Shown: piece after piece, positions 38,211 through 50,227 of the stretch
How positions within the stretch are numbered: position 1 is the first letter of the stretch
How the letters are laid out: the number at the start of each line of letters is the position of its first letter
Assembly: GCF_035084215.1 (NCBI RefSeq)
Contig: NC_090351.1
Span: 33,666,001 to 33,730,000, forward strand
Direction: 5' to 3'
Source of the DNA: Heptranchias perlo
Taxonomy: Eukaryota
DNA length: 64,000 nucleotides
Notes under the pieces: generated by a model
What the model was told of the DNA's origin: nothing
Database searches by the model: none
Seen by the model: the letters and a program-made list of their open reading frames with translations, nothing else
Program-made: the position numbers and the translations under genes

Positions 38211-41200
38211 GCCCATTAGACTTAATACTCACACTATAAAACTGATGTGTTCTTTTTGAGAGTTACAGAATTGATTGGTGTTATACTTATCTTACATTAA
38301 GTGCAATGTGAGTAAAGTGTCTTGCCATGAGTCATTAGTTACTGCTGCTTAAGAAGTAAAAGACGATAATATGACTTGGAATTACATAGGAATTACAAAA
38401 TGGAAACAGGTTGTTCAACCAATCAGTCCTAATCCCACATGCCTGCCCTGTTCCAATATCCCTTTATTCCCTTTTCTTTCAACCACCTATCTAATCTATC
38501 CTTAAATGTTGACACGGTCTCTGCTTCAACCACTAACTCTGGTAGTGGATTCCATCGCCTCACAACCCTCTGTTTAAAAATGTTTCTCCTGATCTCTGTC
38601 CTAAATTTCTTACATTTAATCTTATTTACGTATTGTTCTAGTCACTTCAATCACTGGAAACAGTTTCTATCCACCATCTACTCTGTCCTATCCCTTTGTG
38701 ATTTTAAACACCTCTATTAAATCACCCCTTAATTTCCTCCCTTCCAATGAGAACAGCACCAAATTCAGAGGAGAGCTTAAAAAAAAGACAAATGTAATAA
38801 GGGAGTTGAAAATAAGCTTAAATGCTCTTATACCTAAATATCCACTCCCTCCACCACCGGCACACCGCGATTGCAGTGTGTGCTATCTACAGGATGAACT
38901 GTAGCAAGTCACCAAGGCTTCTTCAGCAGCTCCTCTCAAACCCGTGACCTCCAGCACCTAGATAAGAATATACGAACAATGACGGACAAGAAACGACCCT
39001 CTGGTCCATCCAGCCTGTCCCACACAATTGTGATACCTTGTGCATAACAATATATACACTCCCCACCCCACACCATGTGATCTCCTGGGAGAGGCGAAAA
39101 AACCAGATAAAAACCCAGGCTAATTTGGGGGAAATTCCTCTCTGACTCTCTTGGCGATCAAAACTGTCAACAGGAACACAATCTATTCCCTTCATCATCT
39201 TATAAACCTTAATCAGATCACCCCAGTCTACGCTTCTCTATAGTGTAAAATCCCAGCTCTTTTAGCTATCTTGATAACTTAGATGCTTTAACCTCTGCAC
39301 TCCATGCAGTGAAGGTACTCCCACAGTGCTGTTAGGTAGGGAGTTCCAGGTTCTTGGACAAGGGTAGCAGGCCCATGGGAACACCACCACCTCCACCTTC
39401 CCCTCCAAGTCACATCACCATCCCGACATGGACATATATCGCCGTTCCTTCATTGTTGCTTGGTCAAAAACCTGGAACTCCCTACCTAACAGTGCTGTGG
39501 GAGAATCTTCACCACATGGACTGTAGAGGTTCAAGAAGAAGGCCCACCACCACCTTTTCAAGGGCAACCAGGGATGGCCAATAGTCTTGCTTGTGACACC
39601 CATATTCAGAGAACGGATTAAAAAATATATTAATGTAAGGAATATTAAGCTCCTTAAGACTATTGTACTCCTTCTCATTCTATAGAAAAGTACTTACGCT
39701 GCAAATATAACACTCCCAGTAGAATGAGCCATGAAAGTCATTCCTGTGATGGAAAGGAATGAGCAAAATATCAATGTTTAGCATTAAATATTATTCAATA
39801 GATGGAAAAAAATATTCTTAGAGCCAACACGTCAGGAGTGAGCGAAAAGGGTTTGAAAATGTAAGTGAAGTTAGTGAAAAATAAAGATTGTGAAACTCAC
39901 TAAAATACAACTGCACCACACTTGAGGACTGTAAAGCTATAGTTTGTTTGTAGTGATTTAATTTTTAACCAGTTTTTTAGGCTGGTTGTGCAACAGGCAA
40001 TGGCAGCACAAGTCAGAAGAAAAATCAGCCAAAATATAGCGAAAGAAATGTGATCAAAACAGTTGAAATAGCCTCAGAGTATCAGCGGACCCCACAAATA
40101 ATATTCTGTGGAGATTTTCACAAATTGGGTTATTCTGGAAGAATTGGGTTAAGAAGTGCTGGATAATCGAGGTTCAGTCAGTAAAGCAAGTTCAGTGACC
40201 TCCAAATTCTGCTGCCTTTATACCACATGTTTCGGGCTGTGTTTATTATTCTGTTTCTGGCGCCCTTCATTCTCTCCCTTGTTATTTTTAGAATTGCCCC
40301 TTTTTGAGAACTTTTTTTCTTCTAAGAAGAAGGAGCTTTCAGCCGTTTACTTGGTCTACTTTTTCCTTCCACATGGGTCAGGAGGGATAAAAGCTGATTT
40401 TGACTTCACAAAATGATTAAATCCAGTAAGAAAATGTATTAATAAAGAATAATATAAATGGGACTAGAAATAAATGGGGGGATTAAAAATTACAAAATGT
40501 TTTGTCTTCCAAAAGGAGGTTTTCTATTGATAGAGTATATTCAAAAAAAGTTAGCAGTAAAAATTTTACTGACCAATAATAAATAATGTAAGAAGCTCAT
40601 ACAGGTTTGTATTCAGAACCACTTTTAAAACCCCTAGTGTAGAGTTCAGACTTTCAAGTACATAACCATTATTTAACCTTTAAATTCCTGGAACTGATGC
40701 TGCAACAAAAACAGCAGCTATGTTACTAAATCCAAAGTACCAGTATACTGTCCCGCAAACATACAGCCATGTAACCTAATCTAATATACTCTCCTATAGG
40801 CACTAAGGCATGTCACCAAATCCAGTGTACCACACTACTCTCTCGCAAGCACCCTTCAATCAAATGTACATTTGCCTCATAAAATATGTGGTAATTCATT
40901 GTAGTGCATCAAGGGTTAATAGTGTTTTTTCATTATTTATTCAGGTACCTGGGGCTAGGACAGCACACCTCAAGAGTGTGGCTGAAAGTCTCCTCTCTCT
41001 GGTGACCACGAGGATTCCAATTTTCACACTGCTACAATGGGCAGCTGGAAGTAGAAGGTTTAAGCCGTGACGTTTATTTTAGCATGACCAGTTGGAGGTC
41101 CTTAGTTTTGATAAGAAAATCCTCCTTCCTGCCTCGTGTCAAGAACAGTTAGGCTAAAAAAATCAAAGGAAATAACTGAAATAACCTCAAAACTTCCTTC

Positions 41201-41394
41201 TTGAAAAACTAGATTTAAATCTAATGAAACTAGCAAAAGCCAGTTTCCAGTTGAACTGATTGCGTAAAATGGGAAGTGAAACATTTATGCTCAAAATAAT
41301 TTCCGCTTGTGTTGTAACAACAAAAATAGTAAAGTATTCTATAGACACATAAATAACAAGAGAAAAATCGGGATGGGACAGGGCCACTGAGGGT

Positions 41395-42625
41395 TACACA
41401 CAATAAACTCGCAGGTAATGACAGTGAAATGGCAGAAATATTAAATAATTACTTTGCCTCAGTATTTACCAGGGAGACTAACAAGGTGGGCCTGACATTA
41501 GAAGATGAGATCAAAAAAGATATAAAGACATTTAAGATAGAAAGGGGGGAGATAATTGATAAACTTATCAAACTTAGAGAGGATAAAACCCCTGGTCCGG
41601 ATGGATTGCATCCGTGCATATTAAAAGAAGTTAGGGAAGAGATAGCAGAGGCACTATTACATATATATAAAAATTCAATAGAAAAGGGAATGGTGCCAGA
41701 GGACTGGCAGACAGCTAATGTGATTCCTATATTTAAAAAGGGAGATAGAACAAGTCCAGGGAACTGTCGACCAATTAGCTTAACGTCGGTGGTAGGAAAG
41801 ATAATGGAATCCATACTCAAAGATGTAATCGAAAAAACATCTAGAAACCGAAAATATAATAAAGTCAGCACAGATCTCAAAAGGGAAGACCATGCTTGTC
41901 CAACCCTATTGAATTCTTTGAAGAAGTAACAGAAAGGGTAGACAAGGGTAATGTAGTAGATGTAATATATCTGGATTTTCAAAAGACCTTCGATAAGGTA
42001 CCGCAAAGTAGACTCATGACTAAGGTCAGAGCATGTGGAGTCAGGGGACAAGTAGCAGAATGGATAGCAAGCTGGCTACAAAACAGAAAACAGAGAGTAG
42101 GGGTTGGAGGTAGTTACTCAGACTGGCAAAAGGTGGGAAGTGGTGTTCCACAAGGATTGGTGCTGGGACCACTGTTGTTCTTTTTTTTTATTCGTTCATG
42201 GGTTGTGGGCATCGCTAGCAAGGCCGGTATTTATTACCCATCCCTAATTGCCCTTGAGAAGGTGGCGGTGAGCCGCCTTCTTGAACCGCTGCAGTCCGTG
42301 TGGTGTTTATTCTTATTGTGACTTTTTTTAGTGAGATTTTACAATTGAGTGGCTTGCTAGGCCATTTCAGAGGGCAATTAAGAATCAACCACATTGCTGA
42401 GGGTCTGGAGTCACATATAGGCCAGACCAGGTAAGGATGGCAGGTTTCCTCCCCTAAAGGACATTAGTGAACCAAATGGGTTTTTACGACAATCACCACT
42501 TACATAAATGATTTGGACTCGGGAATCGGAAGTACAATTTCAAAATTTGCGTACCACCCCAAATTGAAGGGCATAGTTAATGCTGAGGAGGAATGCAACA
42601 AAATACAGGAAGACATTGATAAACT
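41395..42625 (+). mobile_element. CR1 RT fragment interrupted by a short retroelement at about 42181-42495
   Basis: PGPDGLHP, DFQKTFDKVP and GVPQGLVLGP, resuming as YINDLD after the insert. Confidence 0.9.
42181..42495 (-). mobile_element. Head-plus-tail derivative of the LINE at 62140-64000
   Basis: The body matches 62258-62450 and the tail matches 50228-50352. Confidence 0.8.
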
Positions 42626-43647
42626 CCTCTTCAGCTACAAGGGTGGCAGAACTTTGTCCAGTTGGAACAGGGGCTTAGGGTCATTTGAATGGTATTGGTC
42701 CACTCTAACTGCTGCCCGGTTGTCCGCCTCAGTTGGGGTGCATGGTGGGGGGGTGAGGTGTCACGACACCTGCTGTAGCGTAGAGTGGCCGGTGAAGATT
42801 TAAAACAAACTTTTCTTTTTTTAAAAATTAATGTTTCCTCGATCAAGTGCACTCATCAAGGCAACCGTTGAAAAGTTTAATCCTCCTTAGCGCCCGTATT
42901 TGGGCAGACATATTGTACGCCTGCTCTTGTTTTGGGCAGGAAGTGGCTGGGAGCTAGTGAGGTGGGCCAACGCCCAAATTTCTTCCCCTGCCTACCCAGG
43001 TTACACCAATTTACGGAAGAAGAAATTTGGCCCTTGTATGTCCAAACTTGGGTGAAGAAAATGATTAGCGAAAAAATGACTTGCTGTTACTTTTAGGGTC
43101 TCTCTTTGCTTTCTGATTGATCCAGCAGAAGCCAATCAGATTGCCCGACCGTGCTCAGCACCAGGAGATGAGTGCGGGCACCCAATTTGAGAGGCGGCAA
43201 CAGAAGGTCAGTAAGCGGCAGCCACAGGGGTGAATGTCCAACCGTCTTGGAGCGGGTCCTTGTTATACATCGAGAACTGTGGCCCGGGCTTGGATTATCT
43301 CCTGAGCAATACCACAGAAGATCTACTAGTCATATATAAAAATAGAGCAATGGTGCTGTGGTCATTTTAGAAATGGCTACACTGTACATCGTGTATTTAT
43401 TTTCTGGGTGGACACTTTATTTGATGCATCTTCCTACATTTTGGAGTAGATGTTCTATGTTATGAAAATACATTCCCCATTATGCTAGACAGGAAACAAC
43501 TGTAATAATGAATCATGCAAGTTGTGGTTATCTATTATTCACAAAATGACATACTCTCACATCCAGTGTCTTGCTGCATCATCAAACCTCATTGAGCCGA
43601 GAAATTGCTGTTGGCAATATTAACAGCTTTGTCTACTGTTTTATCAG

Positions 43648-43836
43648 ATGATGTGGAGATGCCGGTGATGGACTGGGGTTGACAATTGTAAACAATTTTA
43701 CAACAACGTTCACCTGAGGAAGGAGGAAGCCTCCGAAAGCTTGTGAATTTAAAATAAAATTGCTGGACTATAACTTGGTGTTGTAAAATTGTTTACAATT
43801 GTCAACCCCAGTCCTTCACCGGCATCTCCACATCAT
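43648..43836. mobile_element. Penelope-derived fold-back element with 58-bp arms enclosing a hammerhead motif
   Basis: 43648-43705 is the reverse complement of 43779-43836 with 1 mismatch. Confidence 0.85.
43709..43747 (+). ncRNA. Minimal type I hammerhead ribozyme motif
   Basis: TTCAC-CTGAGGA-A-GGAGG/AAG/CCTCC-GAAA-GC-TT-GTGAA: stem I, CUGANGA core, stem II, GAAA and a palindromic AAGCTT stem III. Confidence 0.7.
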
Positions 43837-44787
43837 TAAAATATTAGGCAAAAGAATGTCGTGGCATTCATCCACCAGCATCGCTAAGAGTAATTTCTTG
43901 GCTTTGATCCTAAAATTAATCTCTTATTTTGTAACTCAATTGCAAAAAATAGATCTTTATTACAGTAACTTACGATCCCTATCAGAAAAGTGACTGCCTC
44001 TGTCTCCTTAATCTTGTGTCATCTGGCAACGTATGCTTTTCAGAGTCAGGGTCTGATGTACTTCTGTGGGTCCCACAAGATGGTCTGTTCAGGTTCAAAT
44101 TTCAGACTTGCTATTCTTGAGGTGAAGAATGAATTGATCGGCCAGGGCGCAAATCTGGCGGTAACGAATCGGACGGCCATTGTACACCCCGCCCGATTTT
44201 CCTTTCCAAAATGGCGGGGTGTGTGACGAGCGGCCGATCTCCTACCAAGCGTTTTGCGACTCCGCCGAAGTTGAATTTTACCCCTAAAGTGGACTGTTCC
44301 TAGTGGACTGGGGGTTTTTCTTATCAGCCCACGTTAATAACACTTAACGTGACGAGGAGGGGAAAATTTATGCCATGAAAACATGGAGCACATACGAAGG
44401 TGGATTTAATCATAATGTGTAGCGGTAATGGGGACCGCATGTGAATGTGGAGTAAGCATGAGAGCTGATAATGCGATCCTGCAGCACTGCTGTGCTTTGA
44501 GCACTGCTGCCCTGTATTAAAAAGGGCTGAGTGCTGTTCAGCACCTGGTACACAGGACACCCACTCAGCATCTGGAGCACTGAGACCGGGTGCACTCACT
44601 GTGTGCTAGGCTCACTGGAGCCTTGCGTTTCATTCAGTTCGCCCCATAATACACTTGAGTCCTCCCTATGAATCTGGAGAAACCTCCCACGTTAAGTACA
44701 CACCGTCCCTCACTCTAACCCTGCAAAAACACCAGCATTAGTACATCCATCCTGGCCAATATGATGACTGAGATTAAGGAGAGTGCC

Positions 44788-44995
44788 TTAGGTGCTGCAC
44801 ACAGCAAGAGTGAGCAGGCACAGGAGGAACAGAGGATCAGCTTGTGTACTCCTCAGCTGACAAGGACACCAATCCGATCTAAAATTAATTGTAGCATATA
44901 TTACAGATTCTGACTTGTGTGGAATGTAACAGTTCTTTGCTTCGGCAGCGGGCTGGTTTTCAAACCGTAAATTTGCATAAATAGGATCATTAACA
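44788..44995 (-). CDS. Probable terminal cytoplasmic exon of an inhibitory receptor (DPIYANL ... SVIYATI)
   Basis: Acceptor ttttcttaataatcag| (phase 2). VIYATI fits the ITIM consensus; a second motif IYANL has its Tyr 27 residues upstream; minus-strand AATAAA at 43961-43956. Upstream exons were not found in the window. Confidence 0.6.
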
Positions 44996-45074
44996 CTGAT
45001 TATTAAGAAAATGTCATACACATTTAAAATCTACATATTTTTATTATAATCAAAATATTATAAAGAGGAGAAAT

Positions 45075-47045
45075 AAGGAACCTTGATGACCTCAGGACAT
45101 CCCAAAGCACTTCACAGCCAATGAAGCACTTTTGAATTGTGGCCACTGTTGTAATGTAGGAAACGCAGCAGCCAATTTGCGCACAGCAAGATCCCACAAA
45201 CAGCAATGAGATGAATGACCAGATGATTTGCTTTTACTGATGTTGGTGGAGGGATAAATATTGGCCAGGATACCAGGGAGAACACCCCTGCTCTTCTTCG
45301 GAATAGTGCCAAGGGATCTTTAACGTCCACCTGAGAGAGCAGACGGGGCCTCGGTTTAACGTCTCATCCGAAAGACTGCGGGCGCTACATTGGGCCATGT
45401 AGCGCCCGTTGTTTCGGTGCTGCACAGCCTCGCTGACATCCAAGATAGCGTCTTGGATGCGCACATATATTTCCTGCGTGATGTGCGCCAAATGCAATCT
45501 TGGTATAGGAGTTAGCGCAGGCTCAGATAACGAACGCTGTAAAGTAGGGAGAAAATGGCTTCAATCAGTGTGCAACGCTGATTTAAAGTGATAGATACCA
45601 TTTTGGGACTTAACGCTCAACTCGACGCACAGTCTTAACCCGACCATCTGAACGTGTCTTAGAGTGCCGGGAGGACCCCCCACTAGCGCTATTTAAAGGG
45701 ACTATGCAGGATTTACAGGTTAGTGGTTGGATTATTGCTTCTGGCTGCCGAGACATTTGTAACTGTTTTTGGAGGTCTCCTATACTTGAATACTAGGACT
45801 AGGGGACATAACATTTAGAGCCAGGACGTGCAGGGGTGAAGTTAGAAAATGCTTCTACACGCAAAGGGTGGGAGACGTTTGGAACGCTCTTCTGCAGACG
45901 GCAGTTGATGCTAACTCACTTCTGAAAGTTAAATCTGAGATTGATAGATTTCTGTGAACCAAGGGTATTAAGGGATATGGGGCTAAGTTGGGTATATGGA
46001 GTTAGGTCAGAGGTCCACCATGATCTCATTGAATGGCGGAACAGGCTCGAGGGGCTAAATGCCACTGCCACTTGCTGCCTCTTGATATGCGCCACCTTCT
46101 CCTGCAAGAAAGAGGGACAAGAAAGTGTGTCTGGGTGATGTGCCTGTCATGGTTGAATAGCTGCCAGTGTGTGTGGCCTGTGAGTTGTGGGTGTGCAGCT
46201 TGAAACTGTGGTAACGTGTAAGGGTGAGAGGAAGCATTTGGTTGGAAGAGTTGAGTACTGATGGAAAGAGTTTGTTGGTATGTGGGTGATGGGGGGGTGT
46301 AGTGTGTGGTGCAGTTGGTAGGAGACGCCACTTGACAGTTGACCTCACTCACCTTGACCACTCATATCAAAGCATTGAACTTCTTCCTGCACTGCCATCC
46401 ATGTTCATGATGCTGTGCGCCTGGCGTTGACTTCGTCCCCCGCTGCCCCCCACTGCCTTTTGGATATATGTCTGGAGGGCCTCTTGCCCCCCCCCCCTCC
46501 CCCACTCGGATATAGGATGTCGCTCCTTCTGTTCACCTCTTGCACCAAGGTCTCTAGTGCATCAGCAGAGAACCTTGGTGCATGCACTCTCGGTACCAAC
46601 TCAGATCAGCAGATTGGCGAGGTCTGGCTTGCAGATTGGAGGATGTGGGATTTAGTAGTGTGCAACCGTTATTGAATGTTTCAACATAACTCTTCAGTGT
46701 GTAAACATAGGGATGCGACCTGCATCTGTGTTTTACGTGTGCGACGTCTGATCTCTGTTCAGACTCCGTGCAGACAGGAGACTGTTATTTTCAGCAAATA
46801 ACGGGGTCCCTTTAAGAGATTGAGCTCCCTCTGGTGGTGGAAAGTGCGAATCACATTGATTCCACGTGCAAGGCCTGGAATGGAACGCTGATTGCAGGTA
46901 AGTCTTGGGATGGGCTGAAACTTGCGTCCTGCCTGCGCAGGGGCCATTGGGCGTGGGGTAATAGCGCATCACGGCTGCCTGCACCCAAAAAAGACCCCTG
47001 TCCAATATTCCCCCCGGCATCTCCGACAGTGCAGCACTCCCTCAG
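45075..47045 (-). mobile_element. Deu-domain SINE split by a Harbinger insertion
   Basis: ...CATCCGAAAGAC (to 45376) resumes as GGCATCTCCGACAGTGCAGCACTCCCTCAG (from 47016). Confidence 0.8.
45380..47015 (-). mobile_element. Non-autonomous Harbinger with a Myb/SANT remnant and an internal CR1 3' fragment
   Basis: Ends GGGCGCTACATTGG / CCAATATTCCCCCC; flanks TGC/GGC; APRFSADALETLVQEV...QW...EVNA; CR1 tail at about 45795-46060. Confidence 0.8.
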
Positions 47046-47345
47046 CCTAGATGAGAGGTTCCCAAATGGAGGGGCCACGCTCCCTCCCCCACCCCCAGAA
47101 GGGCGCGGCAAGGATATGGGTGGCTGGGCGGGGGACAGCATTTGTAGGACAGGCTGGCTGAGAAGGAAAGCCACTGATGCAACCTTGCATAGAGGAGGTG
47201 CATTAAAAGTCTGAATTTCTTTACGTTTTAAAGGAACTGAGCAAATTTATGTTTGAATTCAAAGAAAAGGTATATACCGATGCAGCCTCACATAGGGCAA
47301 TACTAGCACAGTGTGGGATGTTTGAATTCCCACTGATTTTTAGTA

Positions 47346-48020
47346 GCACAAATGTAAGGAGTCTTACAACACCAGGTTATAGTCCAACAGTTTTATTTGA
47401 AATCACAAGCTTTCGGAGGCTTCCTCCTTCGTCAGGTGAGTGTGGGATTCCATAAAAGTACAGCATATATAGTCAGAGAACAATGCCTGGTGATTACAGA
47501 TAATGTTTCCAACTGCCCGTTATCAAGGCAATCAAAGGACTTGAATGGTGTTCAGACAGGGAAACATTACATACAAGACTACCGAATACACAAACGGTCA
47601 CAACACAAAGACAGAGAAAGAGAGAGACACACACACCCAAAAGGCAGAGAAAGAGATAGAATGACCAGTTGTATTAAAAACAGATAACTTTTTTTCCGCT
47701 GGTGGGGTTACGTGTAGCGCGACATGAACCCAAGATCACGGTTGAGGCCGTCCTCATGGGTGCGGAACTTGGCTATCAATTTCTGCTCGACAATTTTGCG
47801 TTGTCGTGTGTCTCGAAGGCCGCCTTGGAGAACGCTTACCCGAAGATCGGAGGCTGAATGTCCATGACTGCTGAAGTGTTCCCCGACTGGGAGGGAACCC
47901 TCCTGTCTGGCGATTGTTGCGCGGTGTCCGTTCATCCGTTGTCGCAGTGTCTGCATGGTCTCGCCGATGTACCATGCTCCGGGAGGGCATCCTTTCCTGC
48001 AACGTATGAGGTAGATAACG
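47346..48020 (-). mobile_element. Penelope-like element: GIY-YIG endonuclease and terminal repeat
   Basis: In-frame VIYLIRCRKGCPPGAWYIGETMQTLRQRMNGH...HF...EQKLIAKF...GLNRD (48019-47708). Confidence 0.92.
47403..47439 (-). ncRNA. Minimal hammerhead ribozyme motif in the Penelope terminal repeat
   Basis: TCAC-CTGACGA-A-GGAGG/AAG/CCTCC-GAAA-GC-TT-GTGA. Confidence 0.7.
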
Positions 48021-48165
48021 TAGTGGCACAGTAATTGGACCCATAGAGAGTTTCTAGCATTCCCTATTTTTGTGGATATTTAAGACAGTTTTTTGTGATT
48101 CTGTATGCAGTTCCACACTTTGGCCACTGCATGTCTCTGCAGCCAGCTGTGGCCTGTTTCTCCAT

Positions 48166-48895
48166 GGGCCCGATTTTGCTGTAACAATCGCTGAGGTTAT
48201 CAGGGCTCGCCGTTATTCATGTGCAAATCGGACTGTAACATCCAGCGGCCGCACATGGGAAGTTAAACGTGGAAATCTGGAAATTGCTGTCTGAGACGCG
48301 ATGCTGCTCTAAAAGCTGCGCGAAAACAGCATCTCTCTGTCAGGCTTTCTGTTCAATTGCGTGAAGTTCCTGTACTTACCTCATAGATATGGACTAAACT
48401 CGCCAAAGAAAGTTAGGGCTTGTCTATTCCAGTGTAAGTACCATTTTAACGATGTGGTAAGTCTTAATTACTGTCAATCAACATCTCTGACACTGAAAAT
48501 TAACTTTTACAAGTGTAGAGTCGCATTCCTTCAGGTGTCAATTATTGTTGGACATTTAAAAAAAAAGTAAATAACTTTTTTTCTTTTTTTTTATCTCCTT
48601 CAATTCTATCTCTTAATTCAGTCTTTCTTTCCCTCTCTTTATTTCACTTTCTGTACCCGATTTGACATTGAATTCACGAATCTAACTTACACTTCCTAGT
48701 TCAGTCTCTTTGCAATGCTTCAATCTGATTGGTTAAAGAGATACCCAGTTGCTTGCCCTGTTCACACAGGTCTCGGATGCCCGGGAGAGGGCGCCGTGCT
48801 TTTTGGACCTCTAATTTACAGGAACTTGCCGTGCAAAAGGCTCACAGATAGTCTGTGGGCAAGTCTCATTCACTGCTCACAGCAAAATCAGGCCT
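48166..48895. mobile_element. Harbinger-type MITE
   Basis: TIR GGGCCCGATTTTGCTGT / ACAGCAAAATCAGGCCT; no clear TSD. Confidence 0.7.
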
Positions 48896-49314
48896 AGTGT
48901 CTCACTATGCTGTGTTTGTTCAATCTTAAGTATTGTCAGTAAAGTAATTATAATAAATTTTCCTTATTCCCAGCAGAAAAAAACCCTGCAATCTTCCAAA
49001 TGACCTTTGCTCCCTGGGCCTGACTTGGGCTTCCTGTTTAAATAAAATCCCAGCTAAGAAAACCATCAGTCCCACAAACCTTTCCTTTAATCTGCACCCT
49101 CTCTGAACGATAGTTTTTCCAAGCGTTTGCACCGACTGGAAAATCTGAGCCTCCTTGATGGTACACTCCCTCCTGAAGGCTCCCTGTCGCTGAGCACAGT
49201 TGGGAAATTACCTCCGTGGCTCTAACTTACTTATAGAACTGAACTGTTTTTATTGGTGAAAATAAGATGAGTAGGGCCGCAACTGAAATTATTAAGAGAC
49301 ATGAATGATATTTT

Positions 49315-49733
49315 TAAAATATTCATTCTTGGGATGCGGGCATCATTGGTAAGGCCAGGATTTATTGCCCATCCCTAGTTGCCCTGAGAAGATGGTGGTG
49401 GTGGGCCTTCTTCTTAGACTTCTGTATAGTGGTTTGCCATAATTGAATAGCTTGCTAGACCGTTTCAGAGAGCAGTTAAGAGTCAACCAAGTTGGTGTGG
49501 GATTGGAGTCAGGTATAGACCAGACCGGGTAAGGACGACTGGTTTCCTTCCCTGAAGGACATTAGTGAACCAGTTGGGTTTTTAGGACAATGCGACAGCT
49601 TCATGGTCACTTTTATTGATACCAGCTTTTTATATCCAGATTTTTAAAACTGAATTCAAATTCTCAAATTGCGATGGTGGGATTTTGAATTGCGGTTCTC
49701 TGGATTACTAGTCCAGGAACATAGCCACTACAC
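49315..49733 (-). mobile_element. tRNA-headed SINE sharing its body with the 5' end of the 62.1-kb LINE and its tail with the 50.2-kb LINE
   Basis: GTGTAGTGG A-box, CTGGA-CTAGTAA-TCCAG stem-loop, B-box-like ATTCAAAATCC. Confidence 0.8.
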
Positions 49734-50227
49734 ATATGGATGAAGTTTGTTATATCACTTAGACAGGACTTGTAGAATTCAACTGGACATGGTTGTAGGT
49801 TGCGGAGTTTTTCTGGATTATGTTTGGGGAAAATTTCAAAGGGCTTTATCTTGGAGATTTAATTGTGACTAGTCGATCTCTCATGGTGCTGCAGTATCCA
49901 GCTCGAGCAGGATTAGAAAACAGGAGGACAATCAGACCCAGGTGGGAGGAGGGGAAGGGAGAGGATAGGGGAGAAGGGAGAGGGTGGGGGGAAAGGAGAG
50001 GAGGGGGAATACGAGGGGCACTGGACTGGAGTTTGAAGAAGCTTTGCCTATAGGAAGGACATCCAACAAGAAAAAGAAGAATCTCGAGTTACGAGAGCTG
50101 TTCACTCTTTACTGCCTTGATGCTGAAATCCTTGGTTTAAGGTTGTATGTATTGCTTGATGCTGATGTGAACTGTTAAATCATTAAAATAGCTTTTGATT
50201 ATATAAAATGCAGAGTAGCATGGCTTT

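Noticed and set aside
48926-49132. ORF with hydrophobic FVGLMVFLAGILF as a TM exon
   Set aside because: Only 13 hydrophobic residues and no flanking splice sites
49670-49733. tRNA gene
   Set aside because: It is a SINE head without a complete cloverleaf and is continuous with a repeat body
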